Of a DNA stretch of 64,000 bases, positions 57,059 through 64,000 are shown in pieces. A model generated the notes under the pieces. The model saw only the letters and a program-made list of their open reading frames with translations, was not told the DNA's origin and searched no databases. The DNA lies in the NCBI GenBank assembly GCA_021206415.1, contig JAJOKG010000006.1:11981-75980 (forward strand), given 5' to 3'. This DNA is from Sulfurospirillum sp. Its GTDB lineage: Bacteria; Campylobacterota; Campylobacteria; Campylobacterales; Sulfurospirillaceae. The position numbers were made by a program, and so were the translations under genes. The stretch's first letter is position 1; each line of letters begins with the position of its first letter.

Positions 57059-60000
57059 ATGCCAAAACGTCAAGATATTAAAACCATATTATTAATTGGA
57101 TCAGGTCCAATTGTCATCGGACAGGCATGTGAATTTGACTATTCGGGAACGCAAGCAGCAAAAACACTTAAAGAGTTAGGCTATCGTGTTGTTTTGGTGA
57201 ATTCAAATCCTGCGACGATTATGACTGACCCTGAGTTTGCAGATAGAACGTATATCGAACCTATTACTCCAGAAGTGATTGCACGCATTATTGAAAAAGA
57301 GAGTGTTGATGCTGTACTTCCAACGATGGGTGGGCAAACAGCGCTGAATGTTGCCATGACCATGCATGAAAAAGGGATGCTCAACAATGTCACATTTTTA
57401 GGGGCAAATCCTGCGGCCATTAAGAAAGGTGAAGATAGACAAGCTTTTAAAGAGGCGATGTTGAAAATCGGGATGGATTTACCTATTAGTGCGTATGCGT
57501 ATAATATGGAAGATGCCTATGCAGCGGCTGAAAAAATTGGATTTCCACTAATTATCCGTGCTTCGTATACTCTTGCGGGTGGCGGTAGTGGTGTTGCGTA
57601 TAATATTGATGAGTTTAAAGAGTTGGCAATGGCAGGGCTTGATGCGAGTCCAATTAATGAAATTTTGATTGAAGAATCACTCTTAGGTTGGAAAGAGTAC
57701 GAGATGGAAGTCATTCGTGATAGGGCGGATAACTGCATTATCGTTTGTTCCATTGAAAACCTAGACCCAATGGGTGTGCATACGGGAGATAGTATTACCA
57801 TTGCACCAGCGCTTACGTTAACGGATAAAGAGTATCAGCGTATGCGAAATGCTTCGTTTGCCATTTTGCGTGAGATTGGCGTCGATACGGGTGGAAGTAA
57901 CGTCCAGTTTTCAATCTGTCCTAACACAGGTCGTATGACGGTGATTGAGATGAACCCTCGTGTGAGTCGTAGTTCAGCACTTGCTTCTAAAGCGACAGGG
58001 TATCCTATTGCCAAAGTGGCGACACTTTTGGCGGTTGGTTTTACGCTTGATGAGATTAAAAATGACATTACAGGAACAGCGGCAAGTTTTGAGCCTGTGA
58101 TTGACTACATTGTGACAAAAGTGCCTCGCTTTACCTTTGAAAAATTCCCATTAGCGGACTCAACCTTGACTACTTCAATGAAGAGTGTGGGTGAAGTCAT
58201 GGCGATTGGTCGTACGTTTAAAGAGTCGTTCCAAAAGGCACTTTGTTCACTGGAGACCAATCTTAGTGGTTTTGAGAGTATGAAAGTGGATGAAGAAAAA
58301 CTCAAAAATGAGATTCGTCGCCCCAATGCGGATAGAATGCTCTATGTAGGTGAAGCGTTCCGTCGTGGGTACAGTGTGGAAGATATTTTTGCGTTAAGCA
58401 AGATTGATCCGTGGTTTTTAAATCAGTTTAAAGAGATTATTGATTTTGAAAAAAAGATCGATATGTTTATTTTAAATGATGAAAAGCTTTTGCGTCAGGC
58501 TAAAACGATGGGCTTTTCGGATAAGATGATTGCAAAACTCATTAATCAAGAAGACAATTTAGAACTGACCTCAAATGATATCTATTTTGCACGAACTAAA
58601 CTTGGCATTGATTTTGAGTACAATGAAGTCGATACCTGCGCGGCAGAGTTTAAAGCCTTAACACCGTATCTTTACTCTACTACCAATGTGACAAAACTTC
58701 CTTTACATGTAAAGAGTGAAGAGAGCCAAAAAAAAGGTGATGATTATTGGTGGTGGGCCTAACCGAATTGGTCAAGGTATCGAGTTTGACTACTGTTGTG
58801 TGCATGCAGCGTATGCGCTAAATGACATGGGTGTTAAAACCATTATGTACAACTGTAACCCTGAAACCGTTTCAACCGATTACGATACCAGCGATATTCT
58901 TTACTTTGAACCGATTGATTTTGAACACGTAAGAAATGTGGTTGAAAAAGAGAATCCAGATGGGATTATCGTTCATTTTGGTGGACAAACACCGCTTAAA
59001 TTAGCGAAGAAATTGACCGTTATGGGTGCAAAAATCATCGGTACCACCGCGCGTGTGATTGATATGGCAGAAGATAGAGAAAAATTCTCAAAATTTATTA
59101 CCGAAAATAATATCAAACAACCAAATAACGCAACTGCAACCAGCGAAGAAGAGGCGATAGAGAAAGCTAAAGAGATTGGGTATCCTGTTTTAGTACGTCC
59201 AAGTTATGTTCTAGGTGGACGTGCGATGCGTATCGTCTACAACGAGAGTGAGCTTCGAACGTATATGAACGAAGCGGTGAGTGTAAGCCATAATTCACCT
59301 GTTCTCATTGACCAGTTTTTAGATAGAGCCATTGAAGTGGATGTGGATGCGATTTGTGATGGTAAAGATGTGTACATTGGTGGCATTATGCAACATATCG
59401 AAGAAGCGGGAATTCATAGTGGCGATAGCGCATGTTCTCTGCCTAGTGTCAGTTTAAGCGATGCCATTTTGGCAAAAATTGAAGCGCAAACACAACAAAT
59501 TGCTCTTAATTTAGGTGTTGTAGGTTTGATGAACATTCAATACGCTATCTATCAAGACGATGTATATATGATTGAAGTGAATCCAAGAGCGAGTCGTACC
59601 GTACCATTTGTGAGTAAAGCAACAGGTATGCCAATGGCAAAAATAGCCACTCGTGTCATGTTTCAAGGTAATCTTAGAGAAGCGCTTAAATTTTACGATA
59701 AATTTGATGTGTTACGAGAAGAAAATGGCATTTTAAAACCTAAAAAATTTGATCATGTTGCGGTGAAAGAAGCGGTATTCCCGTTCAATAAACTTCAAGG
59801 CGCAGACCTCATTTTAGGACCTGAGATGAAATCAACAGGCGAAGTCATGGGTATTAGTAAAAACTTCCCAGCTTCATTTGCAAAAAGTCAAATCGCTTCG
59901 GCTAACGTGCTTCCAAAGAGTGGCTCTGTGTTTATCTCATTGGTCGATATTGACAAAAGTTTTGCGAAACAAATTGGTGAAAAATTTGTTCAATTAGGCT

Positions 60001-60317
60001 TTAAAGTCGTTGCCACAGGTGGTACACACAAAGCGCTTCAAGATGCGGGTGTGGAGGCTGAGTTTGTCTATAAAATCTCTGAGGGCCGTCCAAACATTGA
60101 AGATAAACTCAAAAATGGGGATATTGCGCTTGTCATTAATACGAGTGATGCTAAATCAAGTAAAGACGATGCGAAGAAAATTCGCCAAGCCGTGCTTCGT
60201 TTTAAAATCCCTTATTTTACCACCGTTGCTGCCGCTGCTGCTGCGACAGAGTCCATTGAGTACATTCAAGATAAAAGCGCACTTGAGCCACGTGCGTTAC
60301 AAGACTATTTAAACTAA
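57059..60317 (+). CDS. carB: Carbamoyl-phosphate synthase large subunit (frameshift at A run near 58730)
   Basis: [51 protein letters not shown] domain. Confidence 0.96.
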
Positions 60318-60322
60318 AAATC

Positions 60323-60763
60323 ATGAATCCCCAGCTGGTATATCTAGCCCAAACAGAGACAACAGCGGGGTTTCTCTCCCAAAATGTGGGCGCGCTTATT
60401 CAAACGAAAAACCGCCCAAGCGGTAAATCGTTTTTGATGAGTGTGGATTCGCTTAAAACCTTGCGCACCTTTACAAGAGTTCCAACATTGCATAAAAATT
60501 GTGTACGACGCTCCAAAAAAACAACGTTTGCGTATCCGTGTGGCTTAGCGATTCGTGTGGTGAAAGATGAAGCGCATTTGGAATTTTTACGCAAACTAAA
60601 ATGGAGTTACTCGACCTCTTCAAATCCCAGTGGAAAAGGTTTTGATGAAGCATTTGCCAAAGAAAAAGCGGATGTGATTGTCTTTACATGTAAAGGTTTT
60701 TTTGAAGATAAACCTTCAATGATTTACAGATTAGGAAGAGTGAAAAAGAAGCGATTGCGGTAA
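60323..60763 (+). CDS. Short Sua5/YciO/YrdC (TsaC-like) protein
   Basis: QTETTAG, KNRP..K, AIRV, STSSNPSG. Confidence 0.75.
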   Translation: MNPQLVYLAQTETTAGFLSQNVGALIQTKNRPSGKSFLMSVDSLKTLRTFTRVPTLHKNCVRRSKKTTFAYPCGLAIRVVKDEAHLEFLRKLKWSYSTSSNPSGKGFDEAFAKEKADVIVFTCKGFFEDKPSMIYRLGRVKKKRLR

Positions 60764-60795
60764 GGGCTACGTTTTGGCGTAGCCTTACTCTTTTA
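60761..60795. terminator. Hairpin between convergent genes
   Basis: TAAGGGCTACG-TTTTGG-CGTAGCCTTA followed by a T-rich tract. Confidence 0.6.
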
Positions 60796-61161
60796 TTTAT
60801 GGCTACTGCAGGTATGATTTGGGTCAATTTTAGCAACATTACCTGCTAAAAACGCACGTAAAGAGTCTTCTAAAATCTCATTTTTATCATCAAAATAGAC
60901 ATCAATACCAAGAGCTAGAAATTTTTTCAAAGGCTCTCCACCAATACCTCCCACAATCAGAACATCTGCTCCAAGAGATTGAATATTGCTCACGGCATTT
61001 TGACATGCACCAGTAACATGTCCAGGATTTTTATGAACACTTACATCTTTGACGATGCCATCTTCAACTTTTACAACGGTATAAAAATTGGCTCGACCAA
61101 AGTGTGCTCCACGTTTGGCACTCAAACCCTCATCTTTAGTTGTAGGAAATACAATAATCAT
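60793..61161 (-). CDS. NifB/NifX-family (COG1433) protein
   Basis: AHFGRA..Y, GADVLIVGGIG, GIDVY; C-terminal HTCSSH. Confidence 0.85.
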   Translation of the reverse strand: MIIVFPTTKDEGLSAKRGAHFGRANFYTVVKVEDGIVKDVSVHKNPGHVTGACQNAVSNIQSLGADVLIVGGIGGEPLKKFLALGIDVYFDDKNEILEDSLRAFLAGNVAKIDPNHTCSSHK

Positions 61162-61211
61162 AACTTAACCTTTTATTTATTTTTTGAGATAGTTATTTTA
61201 ACGCTTTTAAA

Positions 61212-61550
61212 CTAAAACTTTTCCAGTGTGCCATCTTGATAGGCTTTGTACGCTTCTGCTACACTCATTTCACCCGCACCCACATAAATAACCGTATTCA
61301 TTTGTGCCAATACCGCACGGGCATTTTCTCCAGGCCCATTGCCTGTAATGATGACATCCACACCTAAATCTGCCATTACTTTTGCCATTTTAGGACCTGC
61401 ACCGTGTTCTTGATTGACAATGTCACGGTTATCATGAATCGTAATTTGACCACTTTGCTCATCAAAAACAAGGACATAATACGTACGTCCAAAACGTGCT
61501 TCCATCATGGATTCCCATGCAGGGTCTTTGGTTGTAAAAGCTATTTTCAT
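61212..61550 (-). CDS. NifB/NifX-family (COG1433) protein
   Basis: MKIAF, ARFGRT, HGAG, GVDVIITGN.GENA. Confidence 0.85.
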   Translation of the reverse strand: MKIAFTTKDPAWESMMEARFGRTYYVLVFDEQSGQITIHDNRDIVNQEHGAGPKMAKVMADLGVDVIITGNGPGENARAVLAQMNTVIYVGAGEMSVAEAYKAYQDGTLEKF

Positions 61551-61591
61551 TTTATACTCCTAATGTATTTTTTATGGTTTCAAAACTTTCT

Positions 61592-62431
61592 TCAAGTAAC
61601 TTTTTTTAAAGGCTCATCGCTGTATTCGGTAATGGTTTTTGCTTCAACCATCGCTTGTGTAAAGGCTTTGTTGTAAGGAATACTCTTTACATGTAAAATG
61701 GATTCTTCTCTCAAAAAGGCTTCAATCTGCGCACATACTTCAGGATTTAAGTCGGCTTTGTTAATAATACATCCCGCTTTAATACGAAATTTTTTTACGA
61801 CTTCATAGACCCGTTTTAAATCATGTAGTCCTGAAAGGGTTGGCTCCGTCACGAGTAAAGCAAAGTTAGCACCACTCAAGGAAGAGACCACCGGACAGCC
61901 AATGCCAGGTGAGCCATCCACAATCATCAAGGATTTGTTCTTTGCTAAAGCTATGGCTTTGCCCTCTTTTTTGACTTTAGCGACCAGTTTTCCTGAATTC
62001 TCAGCGCCAATACCCAGTTTTGCATGCACCATATCGCTTCCGTATTTGGTAGAAGAGGCAAACCACGCTCCCGCCAAACGCTCATTCATGGAAATGGCAT
62101 TAAGTCGGCACACTTTTTCACAGTAACCACATCCCTCACAGGAGAGCTCATCGACAACATAGCGACCATTTTGTAAGACAATCGCATCAAAACGGCACAC
62201 CTTCGCACATCGTCCGCAATTACGGCAGGTATCAGGATCAATATGGGCTAAAACACCGCTGTAAAAATCCTCTTTGTGATCAAAATCTGGCTGAAGTAAA
62301 AGATGCATATCCGCTGCGTCCACATCGCAATCCACAACCACACAGGACTCTTTGGCTAAACTTGCCAGCGCTGCGGTAATGGAGGTTTTTCCCGTACCAC
62401 CTTTGCCTGAAATAACAACAATCTCTTTCAT
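61592..62431 (-). CDS. MinD/ParA-type P-loop ATPase with inserted 2x[4Fe-4S] domain (COG1149); true stop may be near 61552
   Basis: SGKGGTGKT, DCDVDAAD, CRNCGRCAKVC, CEGCGYCEKVC, DGSPGIGCPV, TEPT.SGLHDL. Confidence 0.88.
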   Translation of the reverse strand: MKEIVVISGKGGTGKTSITAALASLAKESCVVVDCDVDAADMHLLLQPDFDHKEDFYSGVLAHIDPDTCRNCGRCAKVCRFDAIVLQNGRYVVDELSCEGCGYCEKVCRLNAISMNERLAGAWFASSTKYGSDMVHAKLGIGAENSGKLVAKVKKEGKAIALAKNKSLMIVDGSPGIGCPVVSSLSGANFALLVTEPTLSGLHDLKRVYEVVKKFRIKAGCIINKADLNPEVCAQIEAFLREESILHVKSIPYNKAFTQAMVEAKTITEYSDEPLKKVT

Positions 62432-63294
62432 TGCGCAGCTCCTTGAAAACGTGCTTTTACATGTAAAGCTATTTTTTCGATTTCATCTTTAAAAGATGGA
62501 ATCTCTTTATAGATAAGTTTTCCCGCCGAATAGAGCTTTGCTGCTTCAATCAAATGAGGAATTTTCCCGATAACAGGGATGTTTTCTCTTTGGCAATACG
62601 CTACAACATCCTCATTTCCCATGCCATAACGGTTAATGACCACCCCAAACTCTTTTCCTAAAATGCGTGTCGTCTCAACCGCAAGTGTTAAATCGTGCAA
62701 ACCAAAAGGAGTGGGCTCAGTCACTAAAATGACAAAATCTGCATCTTTAATCGCCTCAATCACAGGGCAAGACGTCCCTGGAGGTGAATCAAAAAGCTTC
62801 ATGGTTTCATCATCAAAATGTTGATCAACATATTTTTTAGTCTGCGCAATCAATGAGACGGCTTGTTCTTCTCCGATATTTAAACGACCTTCCACAAACT
62901 CAATATTTCCTGCAAGAAAATGGCTCAGTTCGCCCATTTTTTGAGGCTCCATCGGCAGTGAACCCAGTGAGCAAAGTTCCGAACAGGCGTAGCAACTGTG
63001 GCAGAGATTGGGGAAGACTAAAATCTCATTCGCAATGCAAAGAAGGGCGTTGAAATTACAGTTTTCAACGCATTCACCACATAGAGTACATGAAGTGCTA
63101 TCCCAATGAGGAATCATCTTCATTTTATCCTCTTTGCGTAAGAGTTCGCCTTGTAAAAAGAGGTTGGAATTGGGTTCTTCCACATCCAAATCAACCAAAA
63201 CAGTGCTTTGACTCTCTCCTAAAAATGTTGCAAGATTGGTGGAAAGGGTTGTTTTCCCCGTTCCACCTTTACCGCTAGCTATGGCTATTTTCAT
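62428..63294 (-). CDS. MinD/ParA-type P-loop ATPase with inserted 2x[4Fe-4S] domain (COG1149)
   Basis: SGKGGTGKTT, DLDVEEPN, CTLCGECVENC, CHSCYACSELC, DSPPGTSCPV, TEPTPFGLHDL. Confidence 0.88.
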   Translation of the reverse strand: MKIAIASGKGGTGKTTLSTNLATFLGESQSTVLVDLDVEEPNSNLFLQGELLRKEDKMKMIPHWDSTSCTLCGECVENCNFNALLCIANEILVFPNLCHSCYACSELCSLGSLPMEPQKMGELSHFLAGNIEFVEGRLNIGEEQAVSLIAQTKKYVDQHFDDETMKLFDSPPGTSCPVIEAIKDADFVILVTEPTPFGLHDLTLAVETTRILGKEFGVVINRYGMGNEDVVAYCQRENIPVIGKIPHLIEAAKLYSAGKLIYKEIPSFKDEIEKIALHVKARFQGAAQ

Positions 63295-63740
63295 GCTCTT
63301 TCCTCTCCTGTATGACAACATACTCCATGTCCAAAGCCCTTGGCAAAATCAACCAATTCACTTGAATGACACAAAGGACACTCTTTTTTCTCTTCTAAAA
63401 TATTGACACGAAAACGATGGTTGCAGGCTTTGCATTGGTAAACATTTTCTTTAAAATGCACACTTCCTCCATCAATCACCACTTTAGAGCCTTCAACAAG
63501 CATCAACGCTATTTTTTTACGGGCACGCTCTACTAACCTCGTGAAGGTTGAGCGAGAAATTCCCATCATTTCAGATGCCTTTTCATGTTCTAAGCTTTCA
63601 TAATCCGCCAATCGAATCGCTTCGTACTCATCAAGCTCTAGGATAATGGTTTCAAGTTTAGTTCCTGCAACACCTGCAGGCTTAAAGGTGGTAAATAAGG
63701 GAGGGTGACTCACCGCTCTTGCTTTTGGATTCCGTGCCAT
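63291..63740 (-). CDS. DUF134-family HTH protein with C-terminal zinc ribbon
   Basis: MARNPKAR, FKPAG, DEYEAIRLAD, MGISRSTF..ARKKIA; CKAC, CPLC and terminal CCH. Confidence 0.88.
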   Translation of the reverse strand: MARNPKARAVSHPPLFTTFKPAGVAGTKLETIILELDEYEAIRLADYESLEHEKASEMMGISRSTFTRLVERARKKIALMLVEGSKVVIDGGSVHFKENVYQCKACNHRFRVNILEEKKECPLCHSSELVDFAKGFGHGVCCHTGEERA

Positions 63741-63768
63741 AAGGTCTCACTTTTAATAAATTAGAGCC

Positions 63769-63821
63769 ATTATAATACACATATGTGCATAATGTCAAGA
63801 GTAAATATGCACATATGTGCA
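63769..63821 (-). promoter_or_regulatory. Sigma70 promoter of the DUF134 operon with two CACATATGTG palindromes
   Basis: Minus strand TTGACA (63798-63793), 18-nt spacer, TATAAT (63774-63769); palindromes at 63775-63790 and 63808-63821. Confidence 0.7.
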
Positions 63822-63947
63822 AAAATAGTTTTACATGTAAAGATTCCAATGTGAAAAATAAATTCTTCAATATTCATTTAAATTTTAAATTGTTTGATAT
63901 AGAATCTCCCAGAAAGAGTGTCATAAAAAATTTTAGGGAGAGGGTTG

Positions 63948-64000
63948 ATGGTTACGCCTAAAGATCATATTAACTTTCAAGCATTGAAGCTTTCATCCAA
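63948..64000 (+). CDS. Start of an unidentified ORF running off the window end
   Basis: GGGAGAGGG purine-rich RBS followed by ATG and an open frame (MVTPKDHINFQALKLSS). Confidence 0.35.
   Translation, partial: MVTPKDHINFQALKLSS

Noticed and set aside
60793-61550. NifB/NifX-like genes as evidence of nitrogen fixation
   Set aside because: No nifHDK or nifEN in the window, and this family is widespread in non-diazotrophs
61592-63294. P-loop ATPases as cobyrinic acid a,c-diamide synthase or true MinD/ParA
   Set aside because: No glutaminase domain and no minE or parB nearby; the inserted ferredoxin domain marks a separate family

Overview
Core chromosomal segment of an AT-rich Campylobacterota bacterium, most likely a Sulfurospirillum-like organism (inferred from gene content and gene order). 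It carries znuABC/zur, nfo, fadL-fadD, an AAA ATPase, a 14-gene epsilon-type complex I operon followed by pflA, miaA/mqnP, a PAS plus MCP-CZB taxis pair, moaA with a divergent moeA, the rsmE-rpmE-rsmI-rlmB-hom-trxAB-dapB-purF block, hisIE, ilvE, bcp, queH-fabZ-lpxA-clpX-mreBC-carB, and a DUF134/P-loop-4Fe4S/NifX-like operon. About 25 genes are frameshifted, mostly at A/T homopolymers and including essential genes, which is best explained as sequencing error. I saw no rRNA, tRNA, CRISPR array or mobile element. The main unexplained signal is the palindrome TTACATGTAA (often extended to CTTTACATGTAAAG). I counted 30 exact copies by eye against roughly 0.2 expected. Copies lie inside genes, in promoter regions and in terminator-like hairpins, which resembles a HIP1- or uptake-sequence-like genome-wide signal. 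A second notable signal is a pair of GCACATATGTGC-type palindromes placed on the promoter of the DUF134 operon.
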